The position numbers and the translations under genes are program-made. From assembly GCA_963717145.1 (NCBI GenBank), contig OY970325.1:3232001-3296000 (forward strand): a stretch of DNA of 64,000 nucleotides, written 5' to 3'. The notes beneath the pieces were generated by a model. It was given only the letters and a program-made list of their open reading frames with translations, made no database searches and had not been told where the DNA came from. This document shows positions 1 to 12,135 of the stretch, one piece after another; position 1 is the stretch's first letter; every line of letters starts with the position of its first letter. The DNA comes from an uncultured Armatimonadetes bacterium (GTDB lineage: Bacteria; Armatimonadota; UBA5829; DTJY01).

Positions 1-197
1 TCGATCCCGTCCAGGGAGGTTCTGTATCCGACGGCCGCTTTGTCCAGCTCGTCGTAGTCGCCAAGGAGCATGACCTTCGCGAGCTTGTGCTGGTTCAGGG
101 AATGAGCAGCCCTCAGCACTCGCTGATCGAACGACTCGCAGAGCACAACACGTGGAAGCCTTGCGGTCGGCTTTGAGAATTGTTGTAAAATAGCCAT
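1..197 (-). CDS. pta: Phosphate acetyltransferase-like protein, N-terminal part (runs off window)
   Basis: Manual translation MAILQQFSKPTARLPRVVLCESFDQRVLRAAHSLNQHKLAKVMLLGD resembles the Pta N-terminus (RIVxxE-xDxRVLxAA...ILLG). AAGGAGG RBS; directly downstream of acs. Confidence 0.7.
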   Translation of the reverse strand, partial: MAILQQFSKPTARLPRVVLCESFDQRVLRAAHSLNQHKLAKVMLLGDYDELDKAAVGYRTSLDGI

Positions 198-208
198 GCA
201 ACTCCTCC

Positions 209-2371
<2,163 letters not shown>

Positions 2372-2395
2372 TACAGTAGCCACCTCCACCAACCC

Positions 2396-2421
2396 ATTAG
2401 CCAGCATTAGCTGTTGTTAGC
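2396..2421 (-). promoter_or_regulatory. Three direct repeats GCTAA(C/T) at 10-bp spacing; candidate operator
   Basis: TTAGC on the + strand at 2397, 2407 and 2417, between the -10 box and the RBS of HTH-acs. Confidence 0.55.
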
Positions 2422-2424
2422 TTC

Positions 2425-2453
2425 AGTCTACCGCACCCGGACGATTCTGTCAA
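2425..2453 (-). promoter_or_regulatory. Sigma70-type promoter of HTH-acs/pta
   Basis: TTGACA-17 bp-TAGACT on the minus strand. Confidence 0.7.
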
Positions 2454-3310
2454 CAGGTTTTCTGCTCGTAACAGCGTCCCCCGGCATGAATTTCTTCGAG
2501 CCGGTCGAGAGCCTCTTTCTCCTCGGACAGGTACATCTTCTTACGCGCCACCAACTGATCCCAGTCCACCTCGTGGGCGTCGAAGTCCGGACCGTCGACG
2601 CAGGTGAATCTCGTCTTGCCGCCGACCGAGACGCGACACGCGCCGCACATTCCGGTGCCATCGACCATGATCGAGTCGAGGCTGACGATTGTCTTCAGCC
2701 CGGCGGGTTCCGTGATCCCGGCGACGACTCTCATCATCGGAACGGGGCCGATGGCATAGACCATGCTGATCTTTCGTCCGCTATCGATGATCTCCGTGAG
2801 CACGTTGCTGACGAAGCCTTTCCGGCCGTAGCTGCCGTCATCCGTCGTGATATGCAGTTCGTCACTGGCGGCGCGCATCTCATCCTCGAGGATCAGCAGT
2901 TCCTTGCACCGCGCCCCGACAATCGAGATCACTGTGTTGCCGGCGTTCTTGAGCGCGCGCGCGATCGGTCTGAGTTCAGCAACGCCGATGCCGCCGCCCA
3001 CGCAGACCACCGTCCCGAAATTCTCGACCTCGGTGGCCCGACCGAGCGGACCCACGACGTCGCGTATGGAATCGCCTTGTTCCACCCGGCCCAACTCCTT
3101 GGTGGATCGGCCCACGTGCTGAAAGATGATGGTGATGTTGCCGCTATCTTTGTCCCAATCGGCGAGAGTAAGCGGGATTCGCTCGCTCTTTTCGTGCAGC
3201 CGGACAATGACGAACTGCCCCGCCTGCGCCTTCGCGGAGATCAGCGGCGCATGGATCTCGAGCTGTGTCACGATCTCTCCGAGCTTCTTCTTGCCAACGA
3301 TGGTATACAC
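2450..3310 (-). CDS. Ferredoxin-NADP reductase / NfnA (SudB, PyrK-like) FAD/NAD-binding 2Fe-2S subunit
   Basis: AGQFVIVR, ERIPLT, GGGIGVA, TDDGSYGRKGFV and MVDGTGMCGACRV...CVDGPDFD motifs; GTG start after GGAGG. Confidence 0.9.
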   Translation of the reverse strand: MYTIVGKKKLGEIVTQLEIHAPLISAKAQAGQFVIVRLHEKSERIPLTLADWDKDSGNITIIFQHVGRSTKELGRVEQGDSIRDVVGPLGRATEVENFGTVVCVGGGIGVAELRPIARALKNAGNTVISIVGARCKELLILEDEMRAASDELHITTDDGSYGRKGFVSNVLTEIIDSGRKISMVYAIGPVPMMRVVAGITEPAGLKTIVSLDSIMVDGTGMCGACRVSVGGKTRFTCVDGPDFDAHEVDWDQLVARKKMYLSEEKEALDRLEEIHAGGRCYEQKTC

Positions 3311-3354
3311 TCTAAACCGCCTCCGAATCTGTGCGATCGTGTCAACGATCACCT

Positions 3355-3388
3355 TTGCAATAATAATCACGAATCAGGATTGTGTCAA
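3355..3388 (-). promoter_or_regulatory. Promoter of the nfnA-like gene with an overlapping Rex-like palindrome
   Basis: TTGACA-17-TATTAT (minus). TTGCAATAATAATCACGA (3355-3372) partly matches TTGTGAA-N4-TTCACAA. Confidence 0.5.
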
Positions 3389-3502
3389 GCCCGCGAGCAG
3401 ACGGACGCAGTTCACGATTCGGGATCGCAGATGTCTCATCATCACAAGGAATGATTCCTCTCCAGGGCGAAATGTACTCCTGACTTGCACTCACTGTCGT
3501 CG

Positions 3503-3569
3503 CGTAGTGGCCGTGCCTCCGTGCCGGCCTTACAACGCCGCTGGCCGGCACGGAGGCACGGCCACTACG
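3503..3569. repeat. REP-like palindrome, GTAGTGGCCGTGCC family
   Basis: Inverted pair GTAGTGGCCGTGCCTCCGTGCCGGCC / GGCCGGCACGGAGGCACGGCCACTAC. Copies at 22303-22367 and a half copy at 63586-63612. Confidence 0.85.
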
Positions 3570-3591
3570 GACGGTTTCGAGGAGGCGCACA

Positions 3592-5172
3592 ATGGGTTTC
3601 GGCATCCGGGCGGCCGTTTCCTCGACCGCACTGCTCCTGTTACTTATATACCCATCCGCGGCCGCGGAGAAAGGGGCCACCTCGATGGTCGGCGCAAAGA
3701 TCACCATCCATTCCGATCGCGTCATCGGCACAATCAATCCGAACATATACGGCCACTTCACCGAGCATATCGGCGGGTGCATCTACGACGGCATCTGGGT
3801 CGGCAAGGACTCGAGCGTGCCGAATCTAGACGGGATCCGCAAGGAACTCATCGACTACATGAAGCGCATCAGCCCGCCGGTTATCCGCTGGCCCGGGGGA
3901 TGTTTCGCCGACAGATACCACTGGATGGACGGCATCGGACCGGCGGACCAGCGCCCGAAGCGATATGGCCGATGGTCCGATGTGACCGAGCCGAACACCT
4001 TCGGCACACATGAGTTCATCCGCTTCTGCAGGCTCGTCGGCGCGGAGCCCTATCTCGCGGCCAACGTCGGGACCGGCACGGCGGAGGAGTTCCAGCAGTG
4101 GGTCGAGTACTGCAACGCCCCCACAGGCAAGACAACACTCGCCGAGCTTCGGGAGAAGAATGGCTCGAAGGAACCGTTCGACGTGAAGTATTGGGGCGTC
4201 GGGAACGAGTCCTGGGGATGCGGGGGCACCTTCATCCCGGAGGACTATTGCACAGAATACCGCAAGTTCACGACCTGGCTTCCGGCATACGGCAAGCCGC
4301 TCTATCTCATCGGCTGCGGCCCGAATGGAAACGATGCCAACTGGACGAGGCGGTTCTTCGCCAAGTTTCGTGACTACGCCGGCGCTCCGATCAGCGGCTG
4401 GGCGCCGCACTACTACTGCGGAACCGCCGGGACCGCGCTGGAGTTCACCGATGACCAGTGGTACGAGTTGATCGCCCGCGCTTACGAGATGGAGAAGCTG
4501 GTGAACGACCAGTGGAATGCGCTCACGGAGCATGATCCCCGCCACGAGATCAAGCTGATCGTCGACGAATGGGGCGCATGGCATCCAAGCGGCACCGAGA
4601 TCAACAAGGCGCACCTGTTCGAGCAGATGAGCACTCTTCGGGACGCTCAGGTCGCGGCGGTCACGCTGGATATCTTCAACCGCAATTGCGACAAGGTGGC
4701 GATGTCGTGCGTCGCCCAGTTGGTGAGCAACCTGCACTCGCTCTTCCTGGCCGACGGATCGAAGTTCGTCGCCACCCCGAACTTCTACGTCTACGAGATG
4801 TACAAGGTCCACCAGGGAGCGATGGGGGTGCAGATCGAGATGGCGTCACCGATCGTGGACTTCAAGGTAGGCGATCAGGCGCGGACCTTCGCCGGCTTGC
4901 TCGGGTCGGCGTCGGTCTCGGGCAAGACTATGCACATCTCGGTGGTCAACACGGACGTCCGCCGAGCCATGGAGACGGATATCGACCTAGGCGGAGTGAA
5001 GGCGACCGGCGGGAAGCAGACGGTTCTGACGGCAGAGGACATCCACGCGCACAACACATTCGAGAAGCCCAACGAGGTCGTTTCGGCCTCGTCGCCGCTC
5101 TCGGTTTCCGGGAGCACATTCAAGCATACCTTCCCACCGGCATCGATCACGATGCTGGAACTCGATATCTAG
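3592..5172 (+). CDS. abfA: Alpha-L-arabinofuranosidase (GH51), secreted
   Basis: YGHFTEH, RWPGGCFAD, WGVGNESWGCGG and VDEWGAWH motifs; signal-peptide-like N-terminus. Confidence 0.9.
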   Translation: MGFGIRAAVSSTALLLLLIYPSAAAEKGATSMVGAKITIHSDRVIGTINPNIYGHFTEHIGGCIYDGIWVGKDSSVPNLDGIRKELIDYMKRISPPVIRWPGGCFADRYHWMDGIGPADQRPKRYGRWSDVTEPNTFGTHEFIRFCRLVGAEPYLAANVGTGTAEEFQQWVEYCNAPTGKTTLAELREKNGSKEPFDVKYWGVGNESWGCGGTFIPEDYCTEYRKFTTWLPAYGKPLYLIGCGPNGNDANWTRRFFAKFRDYAGAPISGWAPHYYCGTAGTALEFTDDQWYELIARAYEMEKLVNDQWNALTEHDPRHEIKLIVDEWGAWHPSGTEINKAHLFEQMSTLRDAQVAAVTLDIFNRNCDKVAMSCVAQLVSNLHSLFLADGSKFVATPNFYVYEMYKVHQGAMGVQIEMASPIVDFKVGDQARTFAGLLGSASVSGKTMHISVVNTDVRRAMETDIDLGGVKATGGKQTVLTAEDIHAHNTFEKPNEVVSASSPLSVSGSTFKHTFPPASITMLELDI

Positions 5173-5186
5173 GATGTGCGGAATCG

Positions 5187-5269
5187 GCAGACCGTAGGGG
5201 CGATCCTTCAACGGTCGCCCGTCGCCTGAATTCGCGGGCGACCGTTGAAGGATCGCCCCTACGGTCTGC
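5187..5269. repeat. REP doublet, GTAGGGGCGATCCTTCAACGGTCGCCC family
   Basis: Inverted pair; near-identical copies at 6475-6552 and 7835-7913. Confidence 0.9.
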
Positions 5270-5294
5270 GGTCTGCCGATTCCAAAGGGAGAAC

Positions 5295-5861
5295 ATGTTC
5301 GATTACACCGAGGCGATGGAATGCCTCATCAGACACATAATCGCCCACTGCCCTGAGTTCGCGCATGTGGACATGGAGCGCGTCGTCGTCGCCTCGATCC
5401 AGACGCGCAGTCCGGGCGCACACGGCGTCTATGCCTCCGTGCAGCCTCTCAGGTTCAAGGGGGGCACTGATACGATGAAGCGCCGTGGACGGACGTATGC
5501 CATGCCGGTGGTTCAGGTCGATGAGATCGAGATGAAGTACATTATGTACTTCGCGCTCCCCCGGTTCGCCGAACTCGACTTCCAGGCGAAGATGACGACC
5601 GTCTTCCACGAGTTGTTCCACATCGGCCCGAAGTTCGACGGCGACATCCGGCGGTTCCCGGGGAAGAACTACGCGCACGGGCACTCGCGGAAGAAGTTCA
5701 ATGCGCTCGTCCAGGTTTTCGCAGACGAGTACCTCGGGCTCCCGGAGTCCGAGCTGCCCACCGATTTCCTGCGAATGAGCTTCAAGGAGTTGCAGGCGAG
5801 GTACGGAGGGGTCGAAGGCCGAAGAGTCAGACCACCGCGTCCGAAGCTCATTTCGGGTTGA
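5295..5861 (+). CDS. Putative zinc metallopeptidase (HExxH)
   Basis: GGGAGA RBS, ATG at 5295; motif TVFHELFHIGPKFDGDIRRF. Confidence 0.65.
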   Translation: MFDYTEAMECLIRHIIAHCPEFAHVDMERVVVASIQTRSPGAHGVYASVQPLRFKGGTDTMKRRGRTYAMPVVQVDEIEMKYIMYFALPRFAELDFQAKMTTVFHELFHIGPKFDGDIRRFPGKNYAHGHSRKKFNALVQVFADEYLGLPESELPTDFLRMSFKELQARYGGVEGRRVRPPRPKLISG

Positions 5862-5887
5862 CAATCGAACGAGCTTATTGCTATATT
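5858..5887 (+). promoter_or_regulatory. Sigma70-type promoter of lrp-aminotransferase
   Basis: TTGACA-18-TATATT with TGn extension. Confidence 0.55.
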
Positions 5888-5891
5888 TCGT

Positions 5892-5961
5892 GTAGGGGCG
5901 AAGCATTGGCTTCCGAATGCCCATGATTGTCGGATAGCGGTGGCCAATGCTTCGCCCCTAC
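5892..5961. repeat. REP doublet, GTAGGGGCGAAGCATTGGC family
   Basis: Inverted pair; second copy at 14201-14270. Confidence 0.85.
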
Positions 5962-5979
5962 TGAGGAAGGACCATCTCC

Positions 5980-6459
5980 ATGAGAGAGATACTGAAGATT
6001 CTCGAATCGGACTCAAGGCTCAGCCAGGAGGAGATCGCGACGATGGTCGGCAAGCCCCTGGAGGAAGTCCGCCGGACCATCGAGGAGTGCGAGCAGAAGG
6101 GCATCATTCGCCGGTACAAGACGGTCATCGACTGGGAGAAGCTCGGCGAGGAGCGCATCTTCGCGTTCATCGATGTCAGCGTCTCCCCGGAGCGCGGAGT
6201 CGGCTTCGATGACATCGCCGAGCGGATCTACCGGTTCCCCGAGGTCCATTCGGTCTACCTCGTGTCAGGCACGCACGATCTGCGCGTGGTCGTCGAGGGA
6301 GACAGCATGAAAGAGGTGGCCTTCTTCGTCGCCGAGAAGCTCTCGACGATCGACCGCGTCCACGGAACCGCGACCCATTTCCTGCTGAAGACCTACAAGC
6401 AGGACGGCGACATCTTCGAGACTCCTGAGCCGGATCGACGCCTCGCTGTTGCACCGTAG
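5980..6459 (+). CDS. Lrp/AsnC family transcriptional regulator
   Basis: N-terminal HTH (ILKILESDSRLSQEEIA) and C-terminal VHSVYLVSGTHDL...TATHFLLK. Confidence 0.9.
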   Translation: MREILKILESDSRLSQEEIATMVGKPLEEVRRTIEECEQKGIIRRYKTVIDWEKLGEERIFAFIDVSVSPERGVGFDDIAERIYRFPEVHSVYLVSGTHDLRVVVEGDSMKEVAFFVAEKLSTIDRVHGTATHFLLKTYKQDGDIFETPEPDRRLAVAP

Positions 6460-6474
6460 GCCGCGGGATCCCTC

Positions 6475-6552
6475 CTTCCGCAGGGGCGATCCTTCAACGG
6501 TCGCCCGTGGATGCCGGGTGGGGCGACCGTTGAAGGATCGCCCCTGCGGAAG
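6475..6552. repeat. REP doublet (GGGGCGATCCTTCAACGGTCGCCC)
   Basis: Inverted arms match those of the 5187 element. Confidence 0.9.
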
Positions 6553-6574
6553 AGAGGGGAGCTGCGGCCGCCCT

Positions 6575-6634
6575 GATCCCCTGACGGCGGGTGTCGTCGG
6601 GGGTTGCCCTGACGACACCCGCCGTCAGGGGATC
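6575..6634. repeat. Palindromic repeat, GATCCCCTGACG family
   Basis: GATCCCCTGACGGCGGGTGTCGTC...GACGACACCCGCCGTCAGGGGATC; related copies at 18737-18768 and ~52119-52144. Confidence 0.75.
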
Positions 6635-6676
6635 GGATCCATCACGGTATACGCACAAGCGAGGTACTCCTGAGCC

Positions 6677-7831
6677 ATGCCAGACATATCAAAGAGAATC
6701 CAATCGGTGCCCCCGTCGGGCATCCGCAAGTTCTTCGACATCGTCCTCACGATGGAGGGTGTCATCTCCCTCGGAGTCGGCGAGCCCGACTTCGTCACGC
6801 CCTGGCGCATCCGTGAGGCGTGCATCTACTCGCTGGAGAAGGGCTACACGACCTACACTTCCAACTACGGCCTGATCGAGTTACGTGAGGCGGTTTCCGC
6901 GCACATCGAGGGCCGGTACGGCGTTCGGTATGACCCGAACTCCCAGGTGCTGATCACCGTCGGGGTCAGCGAAGCGATCGACCTCGCACTCCGCGCGATC
7001 CTCGAGCCGGGCGAGGAGGTGCTCGTCCCCGAGCCGTCGTTCGTCGCCTATAAGCCGTGCGTGACCTTCGCCGGTGGAACGCCGATCGCCATCCCAACAA
7101 CCGTCGAGACCGGATTCACGCCGACTCCCGAGCAGATCGAGGCCGCGATCACTCCCAGGACCAAGGCGATCCTCCTCAGCTTTCCGAGCAACCCGACCGG
7201 CGCGGTCATGTCACGCGAGGCGATGCAGTCGATAATGGACATCGCCGCCGCCCGCGACCTGTTCGTCATCTCGGACGAGATCTACGACCAGCTCATCTAT
7301 GGCGTCCGGCACACGTGCGTCGCGGCCCTCGACGGCGGGTACGAGCGCACGATCCTGTTGAACGGCTTCTCGAAGGCCTACGCAATGACGGGTTGGCGCA
7401 TCGGATACGCCCTCTGCCGGCCCGATGTGCTCGATGCGATGATGAAGATCCACCAGTACATCATGATGTGCGCCCCCATCACCGCGCAGATGGCCGCGTT
7501 GGAGGCGCTGAAGAACGGCTGCAACGACACGCAGGACATGCTGCGGGAGTATGACCGGCGGCGGCGGCTGATCGTCGCCGGGATGAACAAAGTCGGGCTC
7601 GACTGCTTTGAGCCCAGAGGCGCGTTCTACGTGTTTCCGTCTGTACAGCGCACCGGCATGTCGTCCGAGGAGTTCGCCGAGCGCCTGCTCCACGAGGAGC
7701 GGGTCGCCGTCGTGCCGGGGAATGCATTCGGGGACTGCGGCGAGGGGTATATCAGGTGCGCATATGCCACGAGCCTGCAGAACATCCAGCAGGCACTCGA
7801 GCGCATCGGACGGTTCATGGAGAAGCTGTGA
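6677..7831 (+). CDS. PLP-dependent aminotransferase class I/II
   Basis: GEPDF, PSNPTG, SDEIY and GFSKAYAMTGWRIG (PLP lysine) motifs. Confidence 0.95.
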   Translation: MPDISKRIQSVPPSGIRKFFDIVLTMEGVISLGVGEPDFVTPWRIREACIYSLEKGYTTYTSNYGLIELREAVSAHIEGRYGVRYDPNSQVLITVGVSEAIDLALRAILEPGEEVLVPEPSFVAYKPCVTFAGGTPIAIPTTVETGFTPTPEQIEAAITPRTKAILLSFPSNPTGAVMSREAMQSIMDIAAARDLFVISDEIYDQLIYGVRHTCVAALDGGYERTILLNGFSKAYAMTGWRIGYALCRPDVLDAMMKIHQYIMMCAPITAQMAALEALKNGCNDTQDMLREYDRRRRLIVAGMNKVGLDCFEPRGAFYVFPSVQRTGMSSEEFAERLLHEERVAVVPGNAFGDCGEGYIRCAYATSLQNIQQALERIGRFMEKL

Positions 7832-7834
7832 TTC

Positions 7835-7913
7835 GTTCCGTAGGGGCGATCCTTCAACGGTCGCCCGCCAGCGCCGAAGGCGGGCGACCGTTGAAGGATC
7901 GCCCCTACGGAAC
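7835..7913. repeat. REP doublet (GTAGGGGCGATCC...)
   Basis: Inverted pair just after the stop codon. Confidence 0.9.
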
Positions 7914-7979
7914 ACGTGAGTGCCCTGTAACATTTGCCTGCACGGCCTCGTATATGCTGAACAGAAAGGACCTGATCCT

Positions 7980-10900
7980 ATGCCAAGATTTCGCTTACTC
8001 GCCTTGCTTCTGCTGATCGCCCTCTCTGTGACCGCATATGCCGCTGACCGCGTCACATGCATGACCACCTGGGACGAATTCTACCTCTACGCCGCCATCC
8101 AGGTGCAGGACCCGGTCGTCGAGAGCACCAACGTCAAGCATATGTCGAACCCCTGGGAGGACGACGACATCGAGATATTCCTCGAGACCGACGCTGCTCG
8201 CGCGGCGGATCGGTCTCCCAGCACATTCCAGATGGCCGTCAGCGCGGGCGGGGGGTCGAACTGGCTCGTCGGCGAGAACGGCAAGGCGACTCCCAGGACG
8301 ATATTCACATTCAAGCTCGCCAAGAAGGTCGATGGCACGCTGAATAAGCAGAGCGACAAAGACATCGGCTACACGATCGAGCTGGCCATCCCCTGGAAGG
8401 AAGTCGGTGGCGCGCCCGAGCCCGGACGGATCATGGGATTCAACCTGATCTGTCGAATGAGAGGCGAGAACACCGGCTTCGTAAGCCTGTCGCCTGAGGT
8501 CAAGACCGAAGACGACGTCCAGGTCCCGGCCAAGTGGTCGAAGATCAAGTTTGTCGCTTCCCCGACTATCGTCGCCATTCAGGACGGAGCGATCGTCTCG
8601 CGCAAGGTGATCAGCCGCGCACCGGTGATCGACGGCGTGATCAGCCCGAGGGAGTGGAATACCGATCTCAGCTTCCAACTCGTGAGACCGCCCTCGATCC
8701 CTCTTCCGCCCGAGAAGCAGAAGTACATGATGGAGCGGCTCTCGCTCACGCCGTACCTCTACTCATACCAGGCTGATGATCGCAAAGAGGGAGGCGCCAG
8801 CGGGCTCTTGGGAAGCTGCGGCATTGGCACCGGGCTCGTCGATCAGCCGATCAAGGGTGTAGGCCCATGGTTCTCATACGATCAGGTCCAGTCGCACAAA
8901 GACGAACTGGCGGACATCCGCGATGCAAACATCGATGTCGTCTTGCCTTTCTACAGGAGTTCTGATCCCGGTGCGGCCAAAGGCCTCGACTGCATGGTCC
9001 AGGCGCTCAAGGAATTGAAGTCCGAGGGCAAGGACTATCCGCTCGTCGGCATGTTCCTCGACACCATGAGCGTGGCCTCCCCTTACCACACCACGCCCGA
9101 TCTCAAGAGCGATGAGGTCAAGCAGACCTTCTACGGCATCATCAAGGGCTTCTTCCTCCACGTGCCGGATGAGTTCCGTGCGGCGTTCCAACTCCCACCC
9201 GAGAAGGGCGGGGGGGCCGCCAACATCCTGGTCCTCGGAACCGCCGGGTGGTTCGAGCGATCTCGATGGAGGCTTCGTCGAGTACTGCAACAAGCGTTTT
9301 GCGGAGGACTTCGGGAGCAAGCTTGTCTGGATCGGCTCGTCGAACTACCGTCCGAAGGCCGATGTCCTGGACGGCTACTTCGACAGCGGCGCGGGCATGG
9401 GCCTCAAGTTCGACGACACCGGCTGGATCGACATCGCGGGCGTCGGTCCGGGCTACGACGACTCCCCCCGGTGCCCCCCTGCCAACAAGCCCAACATCCG
9501 CAGCCGCATGGGTGGAGGCGCCTACCGCGCCGACTGGGATGCGCTCGTGCCGAAGTCGCCGAATTGGCTGATCGTCGATAACTGGAACGACTTCCACGAC
9601 GGCAGCGAGATCTGTGCCAGCCGCCAATACGGCGTCCGGTACATCAGCCTGACCAAGATCAACATGCTGCGGTTCAACGGCATGCATCCCTACGACGCCA
9701 AGTTCGTGAAGCACAATACGCCGGCGATAGTGTCTCCCGGGGTGGTTCAGCAGGTCGAACTGACGATCCGGAATGCGGGCACGAAGGCCTGGTACGCCGG
9801 CGACGGCATATTCGTGACCTCGCGCTGGTACAAAGACGGCGTGCTCTTCGCGGATTCGGGCATCCGAGTGCCGATCCAGGACATCGTCCCGGCGGGCAAG
9901 AGCATCGACAAGATGGTCGGCGTGATGGTGGTCGATCAGGATCGCAACCCGCTGGCGGAGGGCGACTACGAGCTTCGATGGGAACTCCTCCGGGGCCGCG
10001 ACGAGTGGTTCAGCAGCGGTGGAGATGCGCCGCTCATCGTGCCGGTCAAGGTGTCCGCCTCCGGACCTCCGGGATTCACGCTCGTCGGCTCGACCGCTCC
10101 CGCGTTGATGAAGTCGGGCGCGACATATCAGGTCAAGCTCAAGGTGCGGAACGACGGCCCGACGGCATGGACGACCGCTTCGACGAAGATCGGGTATCGC
10201 TGGCTGAAGACCGCCGATCCGGTCGAGATTCTTGCCGCCAATGACGCCGCCGCATCCTTCGCCGCTGACGTACTGCCGGGCCGGATCGTGGAAGTTACCG
10301 TGCCCGTTTCAGTGACCGGCACGGATGGCGCTCCCCTTCCGGTTTGGACGCAGAAGGATCTCTGGAGCTATCTGCTCAGGTGGGATGTCTTCGACGGCCA
10401 GAAGTGGCTCGCGGGCACCGCCGCCGGACAGTCGTCCGAAGCGGTCGCGGTCACAGCTACGGACCTCGGTCCCAAGTTCGTCGAGAGCGATACCCCCGAG
10501 GAGATGAACGCGGGTAAGAAGCACACCGTGCTGGTCACGCTCCGGAACACCGGCGTCGAAACCTGGGACAAGGCGTCGTATACGGTCGGATATCATTGGT
10601 ACTACCTCGACGGTACGCCGGCAATCCCGGACGGTATGAAGACACCGCTCCCCAGCGCAGTTGCTCCCGGAGGACAGGCGATCGTGAAGGCGCAGGTCAT
10701 TGCCCCCCGTTTCGACGGGCAGTATTACCTCATGTGGGACCTGGCGGTCGGGGACACGTGGGCTTCGACGACCGACAACACTCGCGGGGGGAACACACTC
10801 GTCGTCCCGGTCAATATCGTGAAGGGCAAGCTCATCGCCCAGGACCTGACGAAATCCTTCGACGCAGATGTCATCTCCTGGGAAACCGACCCCAAGAACG

Positions 10901-11433
10901 GCGATTTCGACGCGGGCCTGACGTTCCCGGCCGAGTTCATACCGCCTCAGGTACTGATGAAGGGCTTCCCGAACTCCCTCTGGCCCTGCGGTGTGGGGTC
11001 CAGCGATGCTCAAGGCGGTCTTTCGTCGCTGCGGTCGATCTCGTTCAAGTATCCGTCGAAGCTCGACGATGCGATGAATGCGGTGACGTGCAAGGGGCAG
11101 ACGATCAACCTCAAGTCCGGGCGATATGCTTCGGTGCATATCCTGGCCGCCTCGGCGCAGGATGCATCGGCGGAATTCGGATTGGCCTACGGGGCGAAGA
11201 CATCGAAGACCCCGGTCAAGTTCACCGCATGGGATATCGCGCCGAAGTTCGGCGAGCATGCGGCGTTCGTGGGCCTGAACCGCCATTCGCCCGACGGCGT
11301 TCAGCCCGGGAAGGCGTGCTACCTGAACCACTACACGATCCCGGCGGACTCGGCCTCGGATTTGACGGCGATCAGTCTGCCGAACGACCCGGGAATCAAG
11401 ATCCTCGCAATCACCCTCGAGAAGGCGGAGTAG
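7980..11433 (+). CDS. Large secreted multidomain carbohydrate-active protein (CBM9-like, GH99/DUF5010-like barrel, repeated NBR1-type Ig-like domains); frameshift ~9255
   Basis: Signal peptide; WDEFYLYAAIQVQD...WEDDDIEIFL; VGPGYDD...WNDFHDGSEI; three repeats of 'RNxGxxxW...YxW...PG'. Two overlapping ORFs join. Confidence 0.65.
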
Positions 11434-11449
11434 CTTTGGAGTGCGGAGA

Positions 11450-11540
11450 CCCTCACCCCCGACCCCTCTCCCAGAGGGCGAGGGGGGTGGAACTCCGGCT
11501 GCTCCCCCTCGCCCTCTGGGAGAGGGGTCGGGGGTGAGGG
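11450..11540. repeat. Palindromic repeat, CCCTCACCCCCGACCCCTCTCCC family
   Basis: Inverted arms of about 35 bp. Confidence 0.85.
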
Positions 11541-11555
11541 CACGAGGTGCGTACG

Positions 11556-11597
11556 AAAAAAAGGCGGGGGACACCGGAGAGTAGTGTCCGCCCGCCT
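11556..11597 (-). terminator. Intrinsic terminator downstream of mraZ
   Basis: Minus-strand hairpin AGGCGGGCGGACAC...GTGTCCCCCGCC followed by a T-run. Confidence 0.75.
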
Positions 11598-11679
11598 ATC
11601 CTATTTCCGCCGGTGTGTGCTGAAGGGGGACACGGCAACCGGCGGGTGCTACGAACCAGTGGAAAGTCCAAAGTCTCCC

Positions 11680-12114
11680 CTATATCCACCCCAGATCGAG
11701 CGACTGACCCAGGTCCTGGATCACTTCATCGGTCAAGCTATTGTTGAATTCTTCCCATCTCGCGTTCGACCAGATCTCCAGACGAGTGCCCAATCCCACG
11801 ATCCAGATATCGGAATCGATGCCCGCGTAGGTCCGCAGGTTCTCCGGGATGCCGATCCGTCCCTGGCCGTCGGTCATGCATTCGACAGCCGACCCGAGGA
11901 AGAATCGCTCAAGCTTCAGGGCATCGCTGTCGAGCAGCGACCGAGGGGTCAGCTTCTTCTGGAACTCGGCCCAGTGCTGGTCGGCGAAGATCCAGAGGCA
12001 GCCGTGAAGTCCCCGGGTGACGTAGAAGCGCTCACCGAGCCTCACCCGGAACTTCGCAGGGATGACGGTTCGTCCCTTGTTATCGACAGAATGAAAGTGT
12101 GCCCCCGAGAACAA
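11680..12114 (-). CDS. mraZ: Division/cell wall cluster transcriptional repressor MraZ
   Basis: HSVDNKGRTVIPAKFR, TRGLHGCLWIF, DGQGRIGIPENLR and RLEIWS: two SpoVT-AbrB repeats. Confidence 0.92.
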   Translation of the reverse strand: MFSGAHFHSVDNKGRTVIPAKFRVRLGERFYVTRGLHGCLWIFADQHWAEFQKKLTPRSLLDSDALKLERFFLGSAVECMTDGQGRIGIPENLRTYAGIDSDIWIVGLGTRLEIWSNARWEEFNNSLTDEVIQDLGQSLDLGWI

Positions 12115-12135
12115 GACTGCCCCTCTACTCATGCT

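Noticed and set aside
4569-5294. Long N-terminal extension of the metallopeptidase ORF
   Set aside because: It overlaps abfA and reads through a REP; the RBS supports a start at 5295.
5187-7913. Recurring ~28-bp sequence as a possible CRISPR repeat
   Set aside because: Copies occur as inverted doublets separated by whole genes, not as direct repeats with unique spacers; no cas genes.
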